This document shows, piece after piece, positions 19,148 through 28,488 of a stretch of DNA of 64,000 nt. This stretch comes from Candidatus Shapirobacteria bacterium (GTDB lineage Bacteria; Patescibacteriota; Microgenomatia; UBA12405; BS750m-G30): the NCBI GenBank assembly GCA_043817235.1, contig JBDRHA010000011.1, positions 107,467 to 171,466 on the forward strand, given 5' to 3'. The notes under the pieces are model-generated. The model made no database searches. It was not told where the DNA came from and saw nothing but the letters and a program-made list of their open reading frames with translations. The number at the start of each line of letters is the position of its first letter. Within the stretch, counting starts at the first letter, position 1. Position numbers and translations under genes: made by a program.

Positions 19148-19935
19148 ATTGATGCCCCAGAATATCTTTTTAACGAAAAGTTCCAAAATTTATGGGAGAG
19201 CCAAAGGGAGAGAATCGCAAAAACAAAAATATAGAGTATCCAATTCCAGGAAAATATTTTTAAGAGCACCCGGGCAGGAGTAGTCACAATAGCCACTACC
19301 GGAAAAAATATCCATAAAAAATAACCAATCAATCCGTAATAGATATTACCTGGCTTATCAGCAAAATCAATAAGATGAGTAAAAAGATGATTGGCATTGG
19401 ATAAGCGATCAGTATAAAAAGTCATACAAACAATCATAAACCAAAGACTGTAGCAAACAATAACTCCCCCTGCTAATAAAGCGATAAAAATGAAAACCTG
19501 ACCAAGAGATACGGATAAGCCCTGTCGCATCAGTCCAGTTACTATTAAGATAGGAGAAAATAGGAGTCCAGAAAGAGAATTATTTAAGTTAAATCGATTT
19601 ATTGAGGCCAAAAACTGGGAAGAAACAGGCTTAAGCAAGATTAGATCAAGCTGGCCCTTATTAATCATTCTGATTAGCTCGCCAAAATTGGAATAAAAAG
19701 CACTGTATAAAACTGATTGAATCAAATTATGAACGCCTAATAAGACTAATACTTGATTGATATTCCAACCCCCAACAAGATTTGTATGGCCATAGAGAAT
19801 GTCAAAAAATATTAGGGTAACAAGAAGCCAGCCTAAATTAACTAAAGTCCAGACAAAAAAATTAGAGCGATATCCCATTTCTCTGGCTAAATTAATCTTA
19901 AAATAGTGTAAAAATAGTTTTATAAATCGCTTCAT
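19144..19935 (-). CDS. ABC-2 family (DUF990-like) permease
   Basis: YRSNF, GQLDLILLKPV, multiple TMs, C-terminal LKRYSGAS. Confidence 0.85.
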   Translation of the reverse strand: MKRFIKLFLHYFKINLAREMGYRSNFFVWTLVNLGWLLVTLIFFDILYGHTNLVGGWNINQVLVLLGVHNLIQSVLYSAFYSNFGELIRMINKGQLDLILLKPVSSQFLASINRFNLNNSLSGLLFSPILIVTGLMRQGLSVSLGQVFIFIALLAGGVIVCYSLWFMIVCMTFYTDRLSNANHLFTHLIDFADKPGNIYYGLIGYFLWIFFPVVAIVTTPARVLLKIFSWNWILYIFVFAILSLWLSHKFWNFSLKRYSGASI

Positions 19936-19941
19936 TTTTTT

Positions 19942-20723
19942 TTATATTCCTACCCCAGAAAATTTCTTCAGTCCCCTTTTCCATAGAAAAAAAGCCAAAA
20001 AACAACTCCCATAAGTTCGGCTCGACAATTTTTAAGTTCTCCAGTTAAGATTTGAATAGGAACATAAATTAAATACTTAAAAGGTAAGAAACCGGCAAGG
20101 GCTTGCATTTTTTGGGGCATGATAAATAAGGGGAACATTTGGCCGGAGAACAAAGCTCCCGTCCACCAACGCAGATTAATAAGGCTGGTTGCTTCTTGAA
20201 GCCAAAAAGCAAAAGCGCTGGTAATAAAATTTATCATTACCGATAGGCAAAAACCTAAAAAAACAAAAATCAGATATAGGGGCAAATTTTTGAAGCTTAC
20301 TTGAGAAAGCGGCATAAAACCGGAAATAAGGAACAAGACCAGAACTGAAAATAAAAAAGCCAAAGGATTGCGAATTAACTTATAAGACAGTTCTTCTATA
20401 GAAAAACGAGTAAAAATACTTATCGGCTTCGTTAGTTGGCTTGCCAATTCGCCATCTTTGATATAGTTAATCAGCCAAGTATCAAAATGCGCTCCTGTCG
20501 CGCTGTCCGTAAAAATCATAATAAAATAATAAGTTACCATTTGAGCTAAGCTTATTCCTGCTATTGAGGTCTTATTCTGATAAATAGCTTGCCAAACAAA
20601 AATAACAGAGAGCACAGGAATGGAATCCATAATTACCCATAAAAAAGCTTCTGTTCTGTAAGTAACAGCATCTTGCCAGCCAATAACCAAATAAGCCCAG
20701 GCTTTACGAAGCTCTTTTAACAT
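19942..20723 (-). CDS. ABC-2 family permease, C-terminal frameshift
   Basis: IKDGELASQLTKPI, FSGQMFPL, LPFKYLIYVP; the family-like tail LWKRGLKKFSGVGI* (ending 19942) is in another frame after a homopolymer run. Confidence 0.75.
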
Positions 20724-20727
20724 GGAG

Positions 20728-21777
20728 TTATCTTTTTCTAAGCCTTAGTATTTTCCACCGAGCTTTTTCCGCCAAGTTATACAAACCATAAAGTGGCTTA
20801 TTGATCACCAAATCCCAAGAACCGACCATTTTTACCAAATCCCCTCCATAGCCCTGCTTAAAACGATGGAAGCCATACCAGGGGTGAGAAGAAGGCGCGC
20901 TTGGCGGCAGCCCTCCCCACATGTCAAATTTCTGGCAACCCTCCCTTTTTCCAATTTTAATCGCTTCCCAGCAAATTAAGTTAGAGGCCATTAAGTTCCG
21001 AAATTGACTTGAAGAAGCGCCGTAAGGATAGTAAAGGGTATCTTTCCAGAAAAAGAGCATCCAGGCCGCTAAAACATTGCCCTTATATTTTGCCAGCAAA
21101 ATCTTCGCTGCTTTCCCATTGCCCAACTGATCCCAAAGTTTTTTAAAATAATCGGGACTATGCATATAAAAGCCCTGTCTCTTTACTGTTTCTTCAAAAA
21201 GAAGTTTCGTGAAGATTGTTAATCCAATAGGAGAGCTATCTTCACTCACTCTTACCCCCCTTTTTTTCGATAAACGAATATTGTAACGAGTTTTATTATG
21301 AAAACTTTCAAGAAGCTCACTCTCGCTATTTTTAATATTTAGAATAAAAGTATAAGGATCAAAAGTTGTTTTTGCCGATGGGCTTAGGCCTAGTTTAGCA
21401 AAGTTAAATTTTGTTTCCCGAACCCTATCTTCCTGAATTCTTCCCTTGTTGTTTTTCCAAATTTTTTCAATTTGATTCGGTTCAAATTTAACAAAAATCG
21501 CCTTTTTCTCCAGAGCTATTTTTTTTATTGCCCGAATCATAGCCTTATTTGGCTTTTCTCCCCGAGGAAAATAGCCAATGGTAAATTTACTTTTAGGCAC
21601 AGGGTGGAAAAAAACCTGAAAAGCGGAAACTAATCGTTCCTTTTGCCAAACCCCGAAACGCTCAACCTGCACGCCGTAACTTTCTCGCAATTCACCCCAT
21701 TCAAAGCTCTGCAAGGGATGGCTAACCCGCTGATTATATTGATTTTTACTAACTTTGCTTAAAACCTTTATTGTCAT
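20728..21777 (-). CDS. FemABX-family peptidoglycan interpeptide-bridge aminoacyltransferase
   Basis: HPLQSFEWG, KTRYNIRLS, YYPYGAS, FHRFKQGYGG. Confidence 0.9.
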   Translation of the reverse strand: MTIKVLSKVSKNQYNQRVSHPLQSFEWGELRESYGVQVERFGVWQKERLVSAFQVFFHPVPKSKFTIGYFPRGEKPNKAMIRAIKKIALEKKAIFVKFEPNQIEKIWKNNKGRIQEDRVRETKFNFAKLGLSPSAKTTFDPYTFILNIKNSESELLESFHNKTRYNIRLSKKRGVRVSEDSSPIGLTIFTKLLFEETVKRQGFYMHSPDYFKKLWDQLGNGKAAKILLAKYKGNVLAAWMLFFWKDTLYYPYGASSSQFRNLMASNLICWEAIKIGKREGCQKFDMWGGLPPSAPSSHPWYGFHRFKQGYGGDLVKMVGSWDLVINKPLYGLYNLAEKARWKILRLRKR

Positions 21778-21804
21778 TCTTATAATAACCCTAAAAATAT
21801 TCTA

Positions 21805-23649
21805 TCACTCTGTATCTAAATCCCAGCTATCATCAAAAACTTCCGTCCCTTCAAAGCAAAGCAAATTCTCTGATATATCCAGTAAAAAGCGAGAAGGTTC
21901 ATTAAAACTCATTTGGCCAAAATAAAGCCGCTTGCTGGCAAAACTCAAAAAAAGCCGCTTTCTGGCCCGGGTTAAGCCAACATAACAAAGCCGGCGCTCT
22001 TCTTCTAATCTTTCTTCTTCTTCTAAGGAACGGGCATGAGGGAGCAGGCCTTCCTCTAAGCCTACAATAAACACAGCCTCAAACTCTAATCCTTTACTGG
22101 CATGCAAGGTCATTAAACGAATGGCTTGGCTGGCCCAATCTTTTTTTTCTTTTTCCTGGACAAAATATTCTTGCTGAACTAAAGTCACATTTTCTAAAAA
22201 TTCACCTATGTCAGGAAAAGACTCGGCTACAGACAAGAGTTCATTAATATTTTCTAATCTCCGGCTGTCTTCCTCCTCGTCCGGATCATACTTTTCTAAA
22301 TAAGTACTCTTTTCTAAAAGGGCGCTAAGCAGACTTTTGCTCTCCCATGTCTCTTTTCTTTTTTCTTTAATAAAATCTTTAACCTTATTCGTTCTTCTTA
22401 TGCCCATATTTTTTACTAATCTTTCCAAAGAAACATCATCTTTAGGGTTATAAAAAAACCGAAGCAAAGATAAGGCGTCTTTTACTTCTTGCCTTTCATA
22501 AAAGCGCACCCCACCAATTAGTATATAGGGCAAGCCCCGCCTAATTAAAACCTCTTCAATTACCCGCGATTGAGCATTAGTTCGATACAAAATAGCAATT
22601 TTCGTCGGGTCTGTACCTTTAAAATCCACCAGGGTCTTAATTTTATCTGCTACCCAAGCCGCCTCACCGCCTTCGGAAAGTGCCTGATAAACTACAGCTT
22701 TTTCTCCACCTTTATTCTCTGTTCTCAATCTTAAAACCGGGTGCTTGCTATTTTGCCGAATAACTTCAAAAGCTATGTCCAAAATATTTTGAGTAGAACG
22801 ATAATTAACCTCCAAATTAACGGTCTTGATTTTTGGAAAATCAGATTTTAAATTAAGCAAATTCCGGTAATCAGCTCCTCGCCAAGAATAAATCGCTTGA
22901 GAGGCATCGCCAACTACGGTTAGATTTTGATATTTTTGAGCCAGCAGCTTGGTAAGCAGATACTGAGGACGATTGGTATCCTGATACTCATCTACCAATA
23001 TATACTTATACCTTTCCTGAAATATTTTTAATACATTTTCTTTTTCTTCCAAAAGACGCACTGCTTGACAAAGTAAATCTGTAAAATCTAAAGCATTCAT
23101 TTCCTGCAGCTTTTTTTCATATTCAAGATATACTTTAGCCACTACCTTTCGATAAGGATCATAAGCCTTTTTGCCAAAACTTTTGGCGTCCAGAAGTTCG
23201 TTTTTTGCTTGCTCGATAATCGCTTTTAAAACCACTGGCTTAAAACGTTTATCAGATAAATCAAATTTCTTTAAAATATTTTTAAGTAAAGATTGTGAAT
23301 CTCCCTCGTCAAAAATCACAAAATTGGGAGATAAATTGATTGCTTTGCCAAAAGAACGAAGCGAATATCCACCAAAAGAGTGGAAGGTTCCGGCAAATAA
23401 ATTCGCCTTCTTATTTTCGCCCAAAAGACTCAAAAGCCTTTGCTTCATTTCTCCGGCCGCCTTATTGGTAAAAGTTAAGAGCAAGAGCTCATTTATTTTT
23501 GCTTTTCCGGCGGCCACCAGCCAAGCCGCCCGATGAGTTAAAACCCGGGTCTTGCCGCTGCCAGCACCGGCCAAAACCAAAAGCGGCCCCCTGTCATGCG
23601 TCACCGCTTGCTTTTGAGCCGTATTTAAATCTTTGAATAAATCTTCCAC
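21805..23649 (-). CDS. pcrA: ATP-dependent DNA helicase PcrA/UvrD
   Basis: LAGAGSGKT, VDEYQD, NYRS, YRTNAQSR, TLHASKGLEF; GTG start 6 nt after TACAAT. Confidence 0.9.
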   Translation of the reverse strand: MEDLFKDLNTAQKQAVTHDRGPLLVLAGAGSGKTRVLTHRAAWLVAAGKAKINELLLLTFTNKAAGEMKQRLLSLLGENKKANLFAGTFHSFGGYSLRSFGKAINLSPNFVIFDEGDSQSLLKNILKKFDLSDKRFKPVVLKAIIEQAKNELLDAKSFGKKAYDPYRKVVAKVYLEYEKKLQEMNALDFTDLLCQAVRLLEEKENVLKIFQERYKYILVDEYQDTNRPQYLLTKLLAQKYQNLTVVGDASQAIYSWRGADYRNLLNLKSDFPKIKTVNLEVNYRSTQNILDIAFEVIRQNSKHPVLRLRTENKGGEKAVVYQALSEGGEAAWVADKIKTLVDFKGTDPTKIAILYRTNAQSRVIEEVLIRRGLPYILIGGVRFYERQEVKDALSLLRFFYNPKDDVSLERLVKNMGIRRTNKVKDFIKEKRKETWESKSLLSALLEKSTYLEKYDPDEEEDSRRLENINELLSVAESFPDIGEFLENVTLVQQEYFVQEKEKKDWASQAIRLMTLHASKGLEFEAVFIVGLEEGLLPHARSLEEEERLEEERRLCYVGLTRARKRLFLSFASKRLYFGQMSFNEPSRFLLDISENLLCFEGTEVFDDSWDLDTE

Positions 23650-23696
23650 TCTATTATTGTAACAGTAAATTAGGTTTTTAATTGGCAGTTTATTGA

Positions 23697-23734
23697 TACT
23701 ATGTTTCGATGTATCGATACATCGAAACATAGTA
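23697..23734. repeat. Perfect palindrome, copy 1 (38 bp)
   Basis: TACTATGTTTCGATGTATCGATACATCGAAACATAGTA. Confidence 0.9.
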
Positions 23735-23770
23735 CTTGCATGTTTAAAATTCTCATGATTAAATGTTTTG

Positions 23771-24217
23771 ATGACTCAAATTTCCAAAAAATTCGTAAAG
23801 CCAGAAACTCTTGAAAAAACTTTTGACCTTCTGTTGGCTTCTTTACTAAAAAGCGGGGGCAAAGCAGATACCAAAGAATTTCTTGAGGACCTCTTAACAC
23901 CGACAGAAAAAGTCATGATTGCCAAAAGAATTGCAATCGCTTATCTTCTCCTCCAGGAAGTTGATCATAGAACTATTTCTGAAATGCTTAAAGTAAGCAC
24001 GTCTACAATAAATCGGATATCGTTTGTTCTTAATAGGCAAGGAGCTGGTTTCAAAAGAGTTCTGAAGAGATTACTAAGAGAAAAGAAAATTAATAATATT
24101 CTTGAAGAAGTCGGCGAACTGCTGTTTAATTCATTACCGCCTAAATACGGCGATAAAAGAGCCTGGGCCAAAGAAAAATTTGTCAGAAAAATGACCCGCC
24201 AATCACCCTTGAGCTAA
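23771..24217 (+). CDS. TrpR/YerC-YecD-like repressor
   Basis: FLEDLLTPTEKVMIAKR...HRTISEMLKVSTSTINR helix-turn-helix. Confidence 0.85.
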   Translation: MTQISKKFVKPETLEKTFDLLLASLLKSGGKADTKEFLEDLLTPTEKVMIAKRIAIAYLLLQEVDHRTISEMLKVSTSTINRISFVLNRQGAGFKRVLKRLLREKKINNILEEVGELLFNSLPPKYGDKRAWAKEKFVRKMTRQSPLS

Positions 24218-24227
24218 AAATTCATCT

Positions 24228-24253
24228 GTTTCGATGTATCGATACATCGAAAC
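24228..24253. repeat. Perfect palindrome, copy 2
   Basis: GTTTCGATGTATCGATACATCGAAAC. Confidence 0.9.
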
Positions 24254-24258
24254 GGGAA

Positions 24259-26322
24259 TTAGAGCTTTAGCTTATATAATCTCGTTCCGCCGTTGGAGAA
24301 AACGATCTTGCCCCAATCGTTAAATCTATTTTCATCCAGCTGGGGATATTTTTCTTTTTCCAGTTCTCCGACAACAACATATTCTACCTGATACTCTTCT
24401 AGCAAGTCCTTTGCTAAAATTAAGTTTTGACCTTGATAAATCTTTTCAACTTCAGCGGCTCGAGAACCGGGAAGATCATAGCCGCCCCGCCAAAGCCATT
24501 CATGCACCAACCACCCTTCTATGGTGGGCAACCCCGTCAAGGCAGAAACCCGATCGTATAAGGTATAACTATCACCTACCGCTTCTAAGATATTAGGTTG
24601 ATTTTTAATATTTTTCTTAATCCATAAAACCAGCTGAAAATCTCCCGGATACTGTATTTTTAAAAAATTTAAACCAAAAAGACCCTGATAACGAGAAGCT
24701 TTTAGCTCACCATAGTATCCACGGACGGCAAAAAAAGGATAGATCATTTGCGCGCTAAATCCTAAAAGAAAAAACAAAAGGAATAAACGAGAAAGCCAGT
24801 AGAGCTTACTGTCCTCTAAAAAGCCTTTTACCTTTAGAACAATAAAGCCGGACATTGAGGCAAAAAGGACAAAAGACTGATAGACCAGCTTAAACATTGT
24901 GTTGGCCCGGTGGTATTCAAAAATATAGATATCTTTTACATAAATAATCTCCGGAATAATAATCAAAATCAAAGCCCAAAAGGAAGCCGAGAAAGTCAGC
25001 CACTCTGCCGGACCCCGATAGGGACTTTTAATAAAGATGAGCCAAAAACAAATACTCAAAAACCAGAAAAAACCCCATAAAACAAAAAACTGCCACCACA
25101 ATGTATGAGCATTTACCAACCCTATTCCCTGAGTCATCGGCGAAAAGCTGCGGGCAAAAAGCAAGGAGGTCAGCCCGGTAATTAGCAAAGAAATAATTCC
25201 CCAGCCAATTATTTCTTTTAAAGCCTTTAACCTTTGGGTAGATTTTAGCTTTCTCCCCAGCAACCAAAAGCCAAGCAAAAAAAGAGCCAGAAAAACCCCA
25301 TAAATAGGCAAATCCCAAGAATTAGTCATGTACATTAATCCCAGCAAAAAACCGGGCAAAATAAAATTTTTAATTTTTCTTTCTTTTAAAACCAACCCCA
25401 AGGCCAAAAGGCTGGCCAAAAAAAGCAAAACCGCAGGCAGGTTATTCAAGTGCCCGTGCAGATCGGCTACTACAAATGAGTAAGAAGGAAATTCGTGTAT
25501 TGTTTTGTCGTTGGGATTATTGGGGTTGTATCCTATAAAACGAGTAGCGTCAGGGTACCAGTAACGAGAAGCCCCATTTTTCAAGATGTAAGTTACAGCA
25601 TGCAGGTTTCCTCCAAGCGCAAGCAAAAAAGCAGAAATAAATGCCGCTCCTATAATCGCTTTCTCTTTTATTTTTCTGCTTCCTTTTTTACTTTGGAAAA
25701 AGACCAAGTTCGCTGTCAAGCAAAAGCCGCTCCCGAAAGTAAGGGCAAAAAGGGTAGCAATCATCAGATTATAGGTAGTCGCCGAATCTAAGCCCGAAAG
25801 CTTGGTTAATACAGCTGCCTGAAGATGGCCAAAATAATAATAATTGATTGCCCCACCGCTAAACCACATGTCCTTGGGTGGAAAAAACTGGGAACGGAGC
25901 AAGGAGTTTACAAAACCATAGTCCATAAATTTCTCCAAGCCCTCAATATTGGGCTGAAAAGCACGAATAAAAGACCAAAAAAGCAGGGCTGCCAAAAATA
26001 TTCCTTCTTCCAATAAAATTGTTTTTTTGATCTTCAAAAGTGCTTTTTTGTATTTAGGCAGTTCTTTTCTTAAGCGCCAGTAAAATGCTCCCGCCCAAGC
26101 AATCAAAATTAAGAAAATCGTTTCTTGATAAAAAGGAAGAAGATGAAAACTTGCCAAAAGAAAAACACTAAAAGACAAAACTAATATTCCTAAGGTTTTA
26201 GCTAAAATCCAACCCTTGTCCCAAAAACTAGCAAAGACTTTTAAAGCTAGGGGCAAGAATAGGATCCCCAAAAAAAGTAAAATCAGCCACCAGTAAATAA
26301 TCGTAAAAAAGTCAATAAGCAT
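24259..26322 (-). CDS. DUF2298/YYY-motif GT-C-like membrane protein
   Basis: EKFMDYGF, INYYYFG, IHEFPSYSF..ADLHGH, RANTMFK; many TMs. Confidence 0.85.
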   Translation of the reverse strand: MLIDFFTIIYWWLILLFLGILFLPLALKVFASFWDKGWILAKTLGILVLSFSVFLLASFHLLPFYQETIFLILIAWAGAFYWRLRKELPKYKKALLKIKKTILLEEGIFLAALLFWSFIRAFQPNIEGLEKFMDYGFVNSLLRSQFFPPKDMWFSGGAINYYYFGHLQAAVLTKLSGLDSATTYNLMIATLFALTFGSGFCLTANLVFFQSKKGSRKIKEKAIIGAAFISAFLLALGGNLHAVTYILKNGASRYWYPDATRFIGYNPNNPNDKTIHEFPSYSFVVADLHGHLNNLPAVLLFLASLLALGLVLKERKIKNFILPGFLLGLMYMTNSWDLPIYGVFLALFLLGFWLLGRKLKSTQRLKALKEIIGWGIISLLITGLTSLLFARSFSPMTQGIGLVNAHTLWWQFFVLWGFFWFLSICFWLIFIKSPYRGPAEWLTFSASFWALILIIIPEIIYVKDIYIFEYHRANTMFKLVYQSFVLFASMSGFIVLKVKGFLEDSKLYWLSRLFLLFFLLGFSAQMIYPFFAVRGYYGELKASRYQGLFGLNFLKIQYPGDFQLVLWIKKNIKNQPNILEAVGDSYTLYDRVSALTGLPTIEGWLVHEWLWRGGYDLPGSRAAEVEKIYQGQNLILAKDLLEEYQVEYVVVGELEKEKYPQLDENRFNDWGKIVFSNGGTRLYKLKL

Positions 26323-26365
26323 TCCAGGTGAGGTTTTTTTTCATCTCTATTTAAATTAAGCAAGC

Positions 26366-26842
26366 TTAGCAGAAATTAATTAATAATAAACCAATTGAAA
26401 AACCACCAACAATATCTACTGGATAGTGAAGAGAGAAAACAAGCCGAGAAAAAACACTTAAAAAGAGACCAGGTGCCAATATCCAGGCAATGCTGACATT
26501 TATTTGAGCCAAAAAATAAAAAATGATCACTGCCCGCAAGGCATGGCCGGAAGGGAAGCTTCCCTTTGAATAGCCAAAAATACTTTTTGGTACTTTTGCC
26601 CCGGATTTTAAATAGGGCCTTGGCCAGGGAGAAAAAAACTTACCTGCCTGGTGAATAGCTTCCGAAAAAAGCATTATCTTCCAAAAACAAAATAACTGAG
26701 GGTAATTATTGCTAGCAACCCACCAAAGATTAAGCAAAAAAATGACTGCAAGAAAAAAATAAAATGAAAAAAAATGCCAAAAGCGAAAACAAAATCCTAA
26801 ACATGACCTTGAAGGAGTCCAAAAAAATATTTTTTTAAACAC
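26366..26842 (-). CDS. PAP2-family phosphatase
   Basis: RP, SFPSGH, SRLVFSLHYPVD motifs; start uncertain. Confidence 0.85.
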   Translation of the reverse strand: MFKKIFFWTPSRSCLGFCFRFWHFFSFYFFLAVIFLLNLWWVASNNYPQLFCFWKIMLFSEAIHQAGKFFSPWPRPYLKSGAKVPKSIFGYSKGSFPSGHALRAVIIFYFLAQINVSIAWILAPGLFLSVFSRLVFSLHYPVDIVGGFSIGLLLINFC

Positions 26843-26898
26843 AGTAAATTATACCAGGCGACTTCATTAAAAACTGAATTCTGTTATAATTTTTTCCC

Positions 26899-27459
26899 AT
26901 GACTCAAAAAATAATCAGGGTCGGGCTTGATCTTGATGGCGTAATTATTAACAAACCCCCAGCTATTCCTAAAAGTGTTATTGAATGGCTAATCCAATCC
27001 CACACTAATCATCAAAAAAAATATCGCTTCCCAAAAACCAAGCTAGAGCAATGGGTAAGAATTAAAAGCCATCATTGGAAGCTGCGTCGGCCCTTAAATC
27101 AGAATCTTAAAATGGTCCAAAATTTAGCTAAAAGTAAAAAACATGATATTTATTTTGTTTCCAGCCGTTTTAGCTTTTTAAAACAGCAAACTAAAAACTG
27201 GTTTGAGCATTATTTTCCTAAGTTTAATTACAAAAAAGTTTATATTAACTTAAAAGATCAACAACCTCATTTGTTTAAAGAAGAAATGATTAAAAAACTA
27301 AAATTAGATTGCTATTTGGAAGATGATCCACGCACTATCAGCTACCTTAAAAGTAAATCCAGGTGCTTAATTATTCGCGTTTTTCAAGACGAAGATATCA
27401 ATCTTTTTTTAGATAATCTAAAAAAAGCTTCCCCCAGCTTGAAGCAAAATACCGCTTAG
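26899..27459 (+). CDS. HAD-superfamily (5'-nucleotidase-like) protein
   Basis: DLDGV, VSSR, YLEDD. Confidence 0.75.
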   Translation: MTQKIIRVGLDLDGVIINKPPAIPKSVIEWLIQSHTNHQKKYRFPKTKLEQWVRIKSHHWKLRRPLNQNLKMVQNLAKSKKHDIYFVSSRFSFLKQQTKNWFEHYFPKFNYKKVYINLKDQQPHLFKEEMIKKLKLDCYLEDDPRTISYLKSKSRCLIIRVFQDEDINLFLDNLKKASPSLKQNTA

Positions 27460-28468
27460 CTCTTCGTTGCCCAAATCGCCGATACCAATAATAGTCATAA
27501 TATAAACGAGAAGCTAAATAAGACCAGGGAACAATAAAGCTTTGCAACAATAGCTTTTCTAAACTCCAAGGCAATTTATGATAAATAAATCTCTGGCCCA
27601 AAGAAGCAAAGTTATCCGTTTTTTTAAACTTAAACTTGGGCAATTTCTTAATCCCCAAAATCTTAATTTTAGCAGGATCATTCTCTCCTAGTTCTAATTT
27701 CTTCCCTAATTGTAAATACTTTATCCCCAGCGGATTAAGGCCAATAATTTTGGCGGCCACTGAATCTAGAGCCACCTGGTCCTGGCTTCCTAAAATTAAA
27801 TTCGCTTCTTTCCATTCCATCGCCCGCGGCCCCGAACCAAAACCTACTACCGAACCATCCATAAGGGCCAAAATTTGAGGATGAGTTTCTTTCTGAATAG
27901 AAAGAAGATCGATTATTGTTTCGTGAATAAAACGGTGAGCATGATGTCTTTTAGTGTTGAGCATACCAAAATAGTTTTTTATCGCTCCCGTATTTTGAGT
28001 AAAAACATGAGTTTTAAGAGTGCATAGGCTAATTAGATCCTTATTGAGTAAAATTTTCGGGAGCAAAATTCCCTGAGTAAATATTTTGTTCATAGCTAAC
28101 ATGCCTGCTTTTGGTTGATATCGAATATATTTTTCTTCTGTCAGGTAATGAAATTTTATTCCGTACTTTTTGCACACTTTATCCCAGCCATGATTTTTGA
28201 CTCCTCTCTTAACATTAGTTACCACCGTTCGGTTTTCTACCGGAATAATTTCTTTTTTAGAATAGCCCAAGTCCAAAAGTGCTTTGATTGCCCCCTCTAG
28301 CTGCCAAGGAGGAGACGAGCAAGCAGGATAAACTTTGGTCCAAGATAAATTTAATTTAAGAACTACTGGTCTCCTTTTTTTTACCCATAATTTCTTAACC
28401 ATTAGAGCACAGTCGTCTATTGCAGTATCGGGAGAAGTTTTTTTAATTAAAACCCAGCTCTTTTTCAT
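27398..28468 (-). CDS. DUF362 domain protein
   Basis: LKLNLSW..YPACS, LKTHVFT..TGAIKNYFG, DQVALD. Confidence 0.8.
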   Translation of the reverse strand: MKKSWVLIKKTSPDTAIDDCALMVKKLWVKKRRPVVLKLNLSWTKVYPACSSPPWQLEGAIKALLDLGYSKKEIIPVENRTVVTNVKRGVKNHGWDKVCKKYGIKFHYLTEEKYIRYQPKAGMLAMNKIFTQGILLPKILLNKDLISLCTLKTHVFTQNTGAIKNYFGMLNTKRHHAHRFIHETIIDLLSIQKETHPQILALMDGSVVGFGSGPRAMEWKEANLILGSQDQVALDSVAAKIIGLNPLGIKYLQLGKKLELGENDPAKIKILGIKKLPKFKFKKTDNFASLGQRFIYHKLPWSLEKLLLQSFIVPWSYLASRLYYDYYWYRRFGQRRAKRYFASSWGKLFLDYLKKD

Positions 28469-28488
28469 TAATAGCATTCTAGCAATAA

